54,109 nucleotides of DNA from a virus (lineage: Duplodnaviria; Heunggongvirae; Uroviricota; Caudoviricetes): the IMG/VR virus record IMGVR_UViG_2937142334_000003. One strand, written 5' to 3'. A program made the position numbers and the translations under genes. Shown here in pieces: positions 46,493-54,109 of the stretch. The notes beneath the pieces were generated by a model, which was given only the letters and a program-made list of their open reading frames with translations, did no database searches and was not told the DNA's origin. Each line of letters begins with the position of its first letter. Position 1 is the stretch's first letter.

Positions 46493-47578
46493 TTAGTAAC
46501 CTAGCTTATACATTGGGATTACAGGCTTTCTTTTTGCCTTTTCTGCACTACGACGTTTGATTTCTTGTAGACGAGCGTAGAACTCTGGATCGTTTTGACG
46601 AATTTCTTCTTCGTCTTTTGCAACCATAGCATTTACTTCTTCTTTGGACATAAAGCGTTTTGCTGGTTTCTTCTTACGGCTAGTAAACGTGTTTTTTACG
46701 TTATTGTTGTAGAAGTTAATCATATCTTGGGCACACTTGTCCCCTCGTTTAAGAGCATTGGTAATGGCAGCTTTGATATATGCGATAGCATTAGTAACCT
46801 TATGACCTTTACTACTTGTAATTACGTAGTTAACCATGTCTTCGTTAGATTGACTGATTAGAGAATGTAGTTCAATAGCCATAGGCTTTGTAATAAAGCC
46901 AAATACATCAACAAATGAACTCTTTATCTTTTCTGGTAAAGAGTGATATGGATTCTTGTTTGATTGATTGGGTTGAATTTCATTTTCTTCACGCGCACAC
47001 GCGTTATTATCCAAACCATTATTATTTAAAAATACATGAGATAAACTAGAGTGAGATAAACTAGTATCGTTTTTTGAGGAGCACGTGGATTCAGAAATCC
47101 GACTCACGTTAATATCAACGTTTTGAGAAGATAATTTAAGATTTTTACAGAATTCAATTTTAGATAAAATAGTCCAATCAGAAGTTATTTTTTGAACAGT
47201 GATAGTGTGATTTTTCCATGGTAAAAGGAGCTCAACATTGTTTGGTGTTTGTTGAACTGGGTAAACATAGATTTTGTAACCCTTTAAACCTTCACGAACG
47301 ACCTTGATCAAGTCTAAGTCAGATAATTCTTTTCGAAAATCTGTTATTTTCTGTTTTGATACATGAAGTACCTTAGCAGCTAATTCATTAGTAAAACGAA
47401 TAAAGACTCCCATATCATCAACGAATGCTGTGTTCCCTAAACGAGCGTTATTCATGGAAGCAGAATAGCGATCAGCGTAAAGAGCGTACAACATCATTGC
47501 ACGGGAGTCTAAGTTTTTATATTTTGGATTTTCTAATAAGTCTAGGTTAATTCCTAGGAATGCTTTGTTGTTATTCAT
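46493..47578 (-). CDS. repA: RepA_N-family plasmid replication initiator with DnaD-like C-terminal domain
   Basis: LDSRAMMLYALYADR..S..N...FVDD.GVFIRFTN..AAKVL..SKQK....KEL...DLI signature; YIKAAI C-terminal motif; start ATG 47578 with AGGAG RBS. Confidence 0.85.
   Translation of the reverse strand: MNNNKAFLGINLDLLENPKYKNLDSRAMMLYALYADRYSASMNNARLGNTAFVDDMGVFIRFTNELAAKVLHVSKQKITDFRKELSDLDLIKVVREGLKGYKIYVYPVQQTPNNVELLLPWKNHTITVQKITSDWTILSKIEFCKNLKLSSQNVDINVSRISESTCSSKNDTSLSHSSLSHVFLNNNGLDNNACAREENEIQPNQSNKNPYHSLPEKIKSSFVDVFGFITKPMAIELHSLISQSNEDMVNYVITSSKGHKVTNAIAYIKAAITNALKRGDKCAQDMINFYNNNVKNTFTSRKKKPAKRFMSKEEVNAMVAKDEEEIRQNDPEFYARLQEIKRRSAEKAKRKPVIPMYKLGY
47037..47064. repeat. 13-bp direct repeat within repA (candidate Rep boxes)
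   Basis: TGAGATAAACTAG at 47037 and 47052; RepA_N origins are known to lie mid-gene. Confidence 0.45.
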
Positions 47579-47668
47579 TGTTTTTCTCCTAATCATTTAT
47601 TTGAAAATGAGTATAAGAAAACAAGCTCAACCTATTGATTAATCGACAAAGTATGGTATTATAAATAC

Positions 47669-47735
47669 ATACAATATATGAATAAAAGTTTTTTTTGTCG
47701 ATCTAACCAAATGCCTAATGGTTGGGTCTTTTTTT
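47669..47735 (+). ncRNA. Putative counter-transcribed antisense RNA controlling repA
   Basis: TTGATT-N16-TATTAT (extended TG) at about 47635-47662; 10-bp stem GATCTAACCA/TGGTTGGGTC plus U7 terminator; antisense to the repA leader. Confidence 0.55.
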
Positions 47736-48096
47736 ATACTCTTTATTCAGTTGTAATAGTTATCAAAGGGTGCCTAATCCTTCTCAAACTTGGTTCGCCT
47801 AAAATACCACTTATTGTGGTATGTAATATAAGATACCATACCCGAATTTAAATAGCAATATAACAATAATGTTCAATATATTTTGCGTGAACCATATTAA
47901 ATCACTTTTAAAGAACACTATCTTGTAAGTAAATACATTGATAGTGATTTATTTTCGGGTAGATATAAAATTGTTTTGTGTTGTAGATTTAGATTGTTTA
48001 ATCATTAACTTACGATTTAAAGATACAACAATGTGTTGAAAAAGTAAACGATTATTTTTTCTTGTCATTACCCGTAGATGGGTTAATTATTATATT

Positions 48097-48265
48097 TTGC
48101 ATTAAACATATAGCAAATAATGCAAAGCAGATAAGAATTATGAATAATGCTAATAATGCAGTGGTGAAAACATAAAAAAGCCTTAACAGTGGGCTTTGTT
48201 TAGGATATAATATTTGTATACATGTAATGCAAAAAATGCAATTAATACTAATATTACTAAAAATA
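48097..48265. repeat. Centromere-like TAATGCWA octamer array upstream of parA
   Basis: Copies at 48097 (inverted), 48118, 48145, 48154, 48225, 48234. Confidence 0.55.
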
Positions 48266-48286
48266 ATGAGGAAATGAGGGAGACGA

Positions 48287-49234
48287 ATGCCTGTTCTAGT
48301 TTATGCTAATTTTAAAGGTGGCGTCGGTAAAACAACCAATTCTGTCATGACTGCATATCAATTAGCCAAGAAAGGTTATAAGACTTTAGTGTGTGATTTA
48401 GACCCACAATCGAATGCAACACATTTATTAACGCGAACATATGCACGTCAAAATAATCAAAGTGAGAAAGAGTTTGTCAAAGAACTTAATAAGAAATCAA
48501 AAGATAAACTTTCGAAGGCAGATATAGATAAAGAAGTTGAAGAGGTTTTTAAGGAAAGAGAAAGAAAACAGCTTCGAATAAAAGAAACAATGATGTTAGC
48601 TCTTAGTGAAGGAGATATAAAGAATGCTATCGTTAAGGTGATGGACAATTTATATTTACTTCCTTCTTCTGATGACTTTACAGAATACCCCGATTTTTTG
48701 GAAATGACATTTATGCCCAATGAAGAAAACTATAAAGAAAAAAGAATTTCCTACTTTGCAAAACAATTAGATAAAGTCAAAGAAAATTATGATTTTGTTA
48801 TAGTAGATGTTCCACCGACTCTATCAGTTTTCACTGACTCCGCAGTTTATGCAGCAGATGATATTATTATTGTTTTACAAACACAACAAGATTCGCTAGA
48901 TGGCGCTGAGGCATTTTTCGTGTACTTACAAAAAATGTTTAATAACTACCCTGCTATTAGTTTCAATATTCTTGGAGTGCTTCCTGTCTTACTTGAAAAT
49001 AGAGCAGGATTGGATACGCAAATTTTGAAAGACGCAAAAGAGTCATTTGGTAAAGATGGAGTCTTTAAGAACATAATTAAACATATGGAGCGTCTTAAGC
49101 GATTTGGTCGTATGGGAATAGCCGATAAAGATGCTGAATATGGGAAGGGTGACTTCCACGATATAAAGGTACATTATGTTTACAATCGGCTAACAGATGA
49201 AATATTAGAACGGTTAAAGAAATTGGAGGGATAA
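48287..49234 (+). CDS. parA: ParA/Soj partition ATPase (type Ib)
   Basis: Deviant Walker A KGGVGKT, DLDPQSN, Walker B IVDVPP. Confidence 0.93.
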   Translation: MPVLVYANFKGGVGKTTNSVMTAYQLAKKGYKTLVCDLDPQSNATHLLTRTYARQNNQSEKEFVKELNKKSKDKLSKADIDKEVEEVFKERERKQLRIKETMMLALSEGDIKNAIVKVMDNLYLLPSSDDFTEYPDFLEMTFMPNEENYKEKRISYFAKQLDKVKENYDFVIVDVPPTLSVFTDSAVYAADDIIIVLQTQQDSLDGAEAFFVYLQKMFNNYPAISFNILGVLPVLLENRAGLDTQILKDAKESFGKDGVFKNIIKHMERLKRFGRMGIADKDAEYGKGDFHDIKVHYVYNRLTDEILERLKKLEG

Positions 49235-49237
49235 ACT

Positions 49238-49648
49238 TTGTCTGATCTATTTAGTGACTTTAATAAAGAGAACAAGAATAGAAGAAAGAAAAATGCTACT
49301 CCAGGAGTGGCAGAAACAAAACCCTCAACTCCAGAAAAGAGATATGATGCTTCTGTTCATCAGAAAAAAACCACCGAAATGAAACCAGAAGTTAAAAAGA
49401 GAGGTAAAGGTAGACCAAGAAAAAATAAGTCTACTAAGATGATTAGGATTAGCGATCAAGCGGTAGATATAATTAATGCCTATAAACAAGTGGCAAATTG
49501 TGAATCACAGGATGATGCTATTATTGATGTATTTAGAAAATATATAGAGAGTGGCGCAATGAGTGATAGCGATGAAAAAGTATTTAGATTACTTCTCGAA
49601 CTTAAAAAAGTAGATAGTTTGATATACGATAAAGAAGAATTGAATTAA
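49238..49648 (+). CDS. Small partition adaptor (type Ib centromere-binding, RHH-like)
   Basis: 136 aa directly after parA; disordered N-terminus, KRGKGRPRK, then strand-helix-helix. Confidence 0.65.
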   Translation: MSDLFSDFNKENKNRRKKNATPGVAETKPSTPEKRYDASVHQKKTTEMKPEVKKRGKGRPRKNKSTKMIRISDQAVDIINAYKQVANCESQDDAIIDVFRKYIESGAMSDSDEKVFRLLLELKKVDSLIYDKEELN

Positions 49649-49649
49649 T

Positions 49650-49694
49650 AAAAAGAACACTTTCGTCATAAAGATGATAGAGAGTGTTCTTTTT
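49650..49694 (+). terminator. Terminator after parA operon
   Basis: AAAAAGAACACT...AGTGTTCTTTTT hairpin. Confidence 0.75.
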
Positions 49695-49696
49695 AT

Positions 49697-49906
49697 TTGC
49701 ATTAAATGTCTCACATAGATTATTTGCAATATGTGAATTATAAAGACTATAAATAATACTAGCATTATTTATAATGCAAAAAATATTGAAACTGTGAAAA
49801 ACAATGGTATAATTTGTTTATGTCAAAAGCAATATTAGTATTATTTGCTATATATTTAATGCTAGTTAAATATGCATTACTTGCAATATAAAGAATATTT
49901 GCATTA
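49697..49906. repeat. Second TAATGCWA octamer array
   Basis: TTGCATTA-type copies at 49697, 49724, 49760, 49772, 49857, 49872, 49881, 49899. Confidence 0.55.
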
Positions 49907-50067
49907 AAAAGGAATGGGATTAACAAATAGTAAATTTGTTAAGTTTCTTAAAGACTAGCTCAAGTTGGTAAATAATATCATAGAAAAACTTAAAATATCA
50001 TATTTGATTGTTTCTATATAATATTAAGTATGATATAATATGATTATGTTATAAAACGGAGGTAAAA

Positions 50068-51282
50068 ATGATGGTTGAGAAGATTATGAAGGTTGCAAAT
50101 GATTTGGGGTATGGTTCTGTAAAAGCAAATGTTGATGGTGAAAATATTAAGTTTCCGTCAGTTATAGCAGCAGAACGTCCACAAGATGTACAAGCTCCTA
50201 TGGAATTTGATTCTAAACAAGATCAAGATATATATATGAAGAACTTTCTTAATAATATGGATGTTAGTGTGTCAAGTAATGCAGTAAAAACCTCTGGAAG
50301 GTTTTTGATTGGTAATGCAGCTATTGACAGTGGTCTATCTATGAGAGCTTTTGATGTTAATGACTTTACTGGTAAATCAGAAACAGATTTAGCAATTATT
50401 CTTACTTTAAGTTTGATAGCTGGAAAGAAAGTAAAAGAAGCATATGAAGCTGGACAAGACTTAAAGGAGACTCTAAAGGTAAAAGTTAATATGGCGACTG
50501 CGTTACCTATTTCAGAAGGTAAGGTTAATAATGCAAAAGATCGTTACAAAGAACGTTACATGGGTAGTACGCATACAGTGACTTTCCATAACTTTAAGGA
50601 CCCAATTAATGTAACTATCGAATTTAATAAGGTATATGTTGCATTAGAAGGTGAAACAGCCCAAATGCTTATTGCCTCCGATTATGATGGATTAACAGAT
50701 AAAATTAAGGAAGACTTTGATAAGAACTATTCAGAAATGAAGGATGAAGTTGAAGCTGACGACCTTATTAATTCACGAAATGTACTTGGAATTGATATCG
50801 GAGAAGGGACTACTGATGTAGTAGCAATCATTAACGGTAAGGCTAATCCAGCAGCATCAGCTTCATTACCACAAGGATACGGAAATGTATTACAAGATGC
50901 AGTACGTGTCCTTCAAGATCAACAAATGAACTTTGAGGAACGTTCACAATTACAGAGTTTCTTATCTGAAAAGGTCAGTCCATTGCGTCGAGCTCGCCAA
51001 GATAAAGTGCGTCAAGTTGTTTACGATCAATTAGAACCATTGGCTGATAAGATTATCGATACAGTTAGTCAAACAATGCGTATCGCTAAGGATACTGAAC
51101 TTGTTTACGTATATGGTGGTGGTTCCATTCCAATGCTAGATGAGAGCAATCTTCGCGAAGTATTGAATGAAAAACTTAAGAGCTTCAGTGGTGGATATGA
51201 CGTTCCAGTAATTTGGATTGATAAGGAATATGCACAATATTTAAATGAATTAGGATTACAAGTAATTGTTGAAGCCTTATAG
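50068..51282 (+). CDS. parM: Actin-like partition ATPase (ParM/StbA/Alp7-like)
   Basis: Phosphate-1 DLGYGSVK, phosphate-2 IDIGEGTTD, adenosine VYGGGS motifs. Confidence 0.88.
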   Translation: MMVEKIMKVANDLGYGSVKANVDGENIKFPSVIAAERPQDVQAPMEFDSKQDQDIYMKNFLNNMDVSVSSNAVKTSGRFLIGNAAIDSGLSMRAFDVNDFTGKSETDLAIILTLSLIAGKKVKEAYEAGQDLKETLKVKVNMATALPISEGKVNNAKDRYKERYMGSTHTVTFHNFKDPINVTIEFNKVYVALEGETAQMLIASDYDGLTDKIKEDFDKNYSEMKDEVEADDLINSRNVLGIDIGEGTTDVVAIINGKANPAASASLPQGYGNVLQDAVRVLQDQQMNFEERSQLQSFLSEKVSPLRRARQDKVRQVVYDQLEPLADKIIDTVSQTMRIAKDTELVYVYGGGSIPMLDESNLREVLNEKLKSFSGGYDVPVIWIDKEYAQYLNELGLQVIVEAL

Positions 51283-51296
51283 AGAGTGTGATTTTT

Positions 51297-51677
51297 ATGG
51301 CGAAAATGATTAGAAAAACTATCCTTATTCCCGAGGATTCAAAAGTTGCAGAATGGGCTAAAAATCAGTCACAATTTTCTCCGGCTGCTATTAGGGCATT
51401 AGAAATGGTAGTTAGGAAATATGGAACTGGTGATCTTATCCAAGCTATTTTAGATAGTGCAAGCTTAGATGGACAGTTAGGTACTATTAACTCAGTTTCA
51501 AAATTAGAAGAAAAGACGTCGGTAGAAGAGAATGATGATGTCGATGTTGAAGAAAAGCCCAAGCGCAAATTAAGGACAAGAATTGGAAATAAGAAAAACG
51601 ATAATGACCCTAAAACTGATGACAGTTCTTTGAGTTCTAAATTGAAAAACAGGCCTAATTTAGATATGTTATCGTAA
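51297..51677 (+). CDS. ParR-like adaptor
   Basis: About 126 aa after parM; N-terminal strand-helix-helix with 'YGTGDLI' motif, acidic/basic tail. Confidence 0.65.
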   Translation: MAKMIRKTILIPEDSKVAEWAKNQSQFSPAAIRALEMVVRKYGTGDLIQAILDSASLDGQLGTINSVSKLEEKTSVEENDDVDVEEKPKRKLRTRIGNKKNDNDPKTDDSSLSSKLKNRPNLDMLS

Positions 51678-51738
51678 TACTTAACCTGATTATATATGAT
51701 TTAATCGGACTCAAACATATAAAGTAATATAAAATGTT

Positions 51739-51778
51739 AAAAGCCACAGTAACAGATAAACTAGTTGCTGTGGCTTTT
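51739..51778. terminator. Bidirectional terminator
   Basis: AAAAGCCACAGTAAC / GTTGCTGTGGCTTTT. Confidence 0.8.
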
Positions 51779-51786
51779 ATTTTAAA

Positions 51787-51890
51787 TAAAAAAAGGATAC
51801 CTTTTCAGGTACCCTCACGTTATACCGGTATGGTTTAAGTAGTCAACTGAAACCGACTAGTACTAGGTATATCTTTCTTATCTTGATATA
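51787..51890 (-). ncRNA. Putative sRNA 1
   Basis: Extended -10 TGTTATAAT (51894-51902); internal hairpin; terminator GGGUACC/GGUAUCC plus U7. Confidence 0.55.
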
Positions 51891-51911
51891 TGTATTATAA
51901 CACATTTTAAA

Positions 51912-52002
51912 TAAAAAAAGGACGCCTATCAGACGCCCCACGTTAAACCGATTCGTGAGCTAGAAAGCACTCACGAGCACACGGCCTAATAATTATCCTA
52001 TG
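51912..52002 (-). ncRNA. Putative sRNA 2 (candidate antitoxin)
   Basis: TTGTAT-N16-TATAAT with extended TG; hairpin TCGTGAG/CTCACGA; terminator plus U7; 15/16-nt and 10/10-nt complementarity to the 52096 ORF. Confidence 0.6.
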
Positions 52003-52095
52003 TATATTATAACATATTAATTCTATGATACAATTGTTAAGCACATTTGTGCGGGCGTAGAAAACCCGATTAGTGCAGAAAGGAGGTAACTCCTG

Positions 52096-52185
52096 ATGTT
52101 GCATTGGTGCCTAGTAATTATCCTTGTGCCTAATAAGCACGTTAAACATTTAATTAAAAAGATTAGTAAGTGGTTACGTAGGTAA
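52096..52185 (+). CDS. 29-aa peptide, candidate type I toxin (Fst/Ldr-like architecture)
   Basis: MLHWCLVIILVPNKHVKHLIKKISKWLRR; SD AGGAGG in an AGGAG-GTAA-CTCCT hairpin; promoter TGATACAAT at 52026-52034; downstream terminator. Confidence 0.55.
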   Translation: MLHWCLVIILVPNKHVKHLIKKISKWLRR

Positions 52186-52196
52186 TCCGTAATTAT

Positions 52197-52232
52197 TTCA
52201 GCGGTGGTATTTATTTGCTATCGCTGTTTTTG
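52197..52232 (+). terminator. Terminator after the peptide gene
   Basis: CAGCGGTGG / CTATCGCTG stem followed by TTTTT. Confidence 0.6.
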
Positions 52233-53301
52233 TTTAAAAGGCTTGTAGAATAGCTATTTCGATAATTTAACTACATAATTGTTGCTCATAAACAATCAAA
52301 ACGAACAATGAATAATGGGGTTAAGAGCTGATTTAGATAAATTAATGTAATTTTGATTTATGCCCCGTCAACTCCATTCTACGTTGGTGTTTGTCTGTGT
52401 TTGAAGAGAAAAATAAGGCGAGGATAGTTACATAAAAATGAAACAGCATTTTTTGATGACTTCACAAGCGACAATAAAAGCAGTGATAGAAAATAGAGTT
52501 TTTTTCCTATTACAATGGATAAATGGCGGCGGAATTATGAAAAATAGTCTGAGTGAAAATAATGAACCAATACGAAACATATAATTATAGGTTCTTAGAG
52601 TAAAAATACCCCGCACCCTTTTTAAGTTTGTGAAATTTTCTGGAATTAGATGTTCGAAACCCCTTGTATTATCGAAGATGTACTAATAAATGTCTCAAGT
52701 GAATAATAATTATAAAAAAGTACTACTAGATCCTATTAAATAGGATTTGGTATTAGTTCATTTTGGGGTAAAAAAATTCAGTGATTTGAGTAAAAATATC
52801 AAAATGAAAAATAGGGAGTTTCGATAGGGTTAGTTACATGAGTAGTAGGGTGCGAAATATTACGATTGATGAATTTTTAGTTTTGTACAATAAGACAGAT
52901 TGTTTCGTAAATAAGTTAGGTGTGCATAAAACGATGTTTTCATAACAATTTTTACTCATATTTTAGTTATTTGGAATTGAATTCTTGAATTAGTGAAGAA
53001 GAATTCACAAAGTATAATTAAATTCAGTAATGTTGCTTGTGTAGAAGTCGAAAGTTTGTGAATTTATGAGTTCCTCATAGGGAGTTTCGAAGATTATTTT
53101 GGCTGCAAATTGGGGTGGTTTTGAGTAATTTTATGAAAATAATTGCCATGAAAGCGAGAGGGTAATTTTCTTTGTTTCAAAAAATGGCTATTTTGGGTGC
53201 GTAATATTTTCATAATTTAGAATAATTGGGTATATGGCATTAAGAACATAAATATAAAAATATACTACAAAGCGATATATGTATCTATTTACTGATAATA
53301 C

Positions 53302-53330
53302 TTGATAAAGAACATTCGTTCGTGTATTAT
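53302..53330 (+). promoter_or_regulatory. sigmaA-type promoter
   Basis: TTGATA-N17-TATTAT. Confidence 0.55.
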
Positions 53331-53372
53331 AACAAGGGAACATACGTTTAATATAAGAATGGGGAAACGACA

Positions 53373-53699
53373 GTGGAGATTATTAAACTAGATACTATAA
53401 TTAAGGAACTATGGGATATATCCAGTTTAGAAAATAGGGACGATAATATTATTTGGACAGCATATTATATATTTGAGAATAAATATATGAATGATGGTTA
53501 TGATGAGCAGTATTACTATTTGATGAGATTAATGCAGCGATTATTAAAGTGTCCAGATGGTCTATACGAAGGGTATATATTGTATGTAATCAGTAGTATT
53601 AACAAGAGTAATATGAGTAAATATAGGGAGTATATTGCTAATTTGGATGATGATATCAGGGTTGGCTTGGAAGAATATATTAATAATGAGATGAATTAG
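53373..53699 (+). CDS. Stand-alone acidic hypothetical protein (108 aa)
   Basis: GTG start behind GGGGA; own promoter and terminator. Confidence 0.6.
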   Translation: MEIIKLDTIIKELWDISSLENRDDNIIWTAYYIFENKYMNDGYDEQYYYLMRLMQRLLKCPDGLYEGYILYVISSINKSNMSKYREYIANLDDDIRVGLEEYINNEMN

Positions 53700-53728
53700 A
53701 GTCTAGGGTAATTCCTAGGCTCTTTATT
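53698..53728 (+). terminator. Terminator
   Basis: GAGTCTAGG / CCTAGGCTC followed by TTTATTT. Confidence 0.7.
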
Positions 53729-54109
53729 TATATTTGAATGGGAAAAAGGAGAGGAGGGGGTAGGGGTATTGTGTTGAAAGATTATGAAAGATATTTTCAT
53801 AGTTTTGAAAAGGGTGAATTTGGTATTAATTTATTGGGATATTTGAGGGGTGATAGGGTGCGAGAAATGGGGTGAATGGAGAAAATTTTGTGGTGTGTGA
53901 GTGAAGCAACTAGTCTAAAAAATACCCTAAAAATTAAGGCGTTTTGAGTAAAATAACCCCCGCCTATTTGCAAATTTAAGACACAATAATAATTGTTATC
54001 GTGTGTAAACGATTACAAGAATATTTTAATATCGAAAAAGAAAGCCCCTATCTTTTGATAAGGACGATTATTATTTATAAGGGGTTACAGTTGTAAACTT
54101 AATATATTT

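Noticed and set aside
51783-52020. Mini CRISPR array
   Set aside because: The two units are degenerate promoter-terminator modules rather than identical repeats with spacers, and there are no cas genes.
52428-52616. 62-aa minus-strand ORF
   Set aside because: No RBS, atypical composition and no context support.

Overview
This 54.1-kb, AT-rich window is part of a large temperate siphovirus that appears to live as a plasmid (a phage-plasmid). The host is probably a Bacillota member, lactobacilli-like by inference only. From about 47.6 kb leftward, the minus strand carries an SPbeta-like gene run: RepA_N initiator, a second wHTH protein with iterons, an HTH protein, HU, terminase, portal, protease/scaffold, capsid, neck, major tail protein, a 2279-aa tail fibre, two holin-type genes, a tyrosine recombinase, a 2992-aa tape measure and tail tip/fibre genes. 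The right end (+ strand) carries two partition cassettes (ParA plus adaptor; actin-like ParM plus adaptor), a putative type I toxin-antitoxin locus and long non-coding DNA. The main observations are: (1) a 273-nt ORF-less group I intron in the terL Walker A motif, whose best-supported junctions are non-canonical (C at the 5' splice site, terminal A); (2) a tail protein fused to a flagellinolysin-like HEXXH metallopeptidase; (3) an IS607 element with HTH-only TnpA and intact TnpB inserted exactly in the Shine-Dalgarno of a tail gene; (4) two tandem sRNA genes divergent from, and partly complementary to, a 29-aa peptide mRNA; (5) a thrice-repeated promoter/operator module; (6) tRNA T-arm-like hairpins behind the capsid and major tail genes. 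All family assignments come from motif recognition and synteny recalled from memory; no database searches were run.
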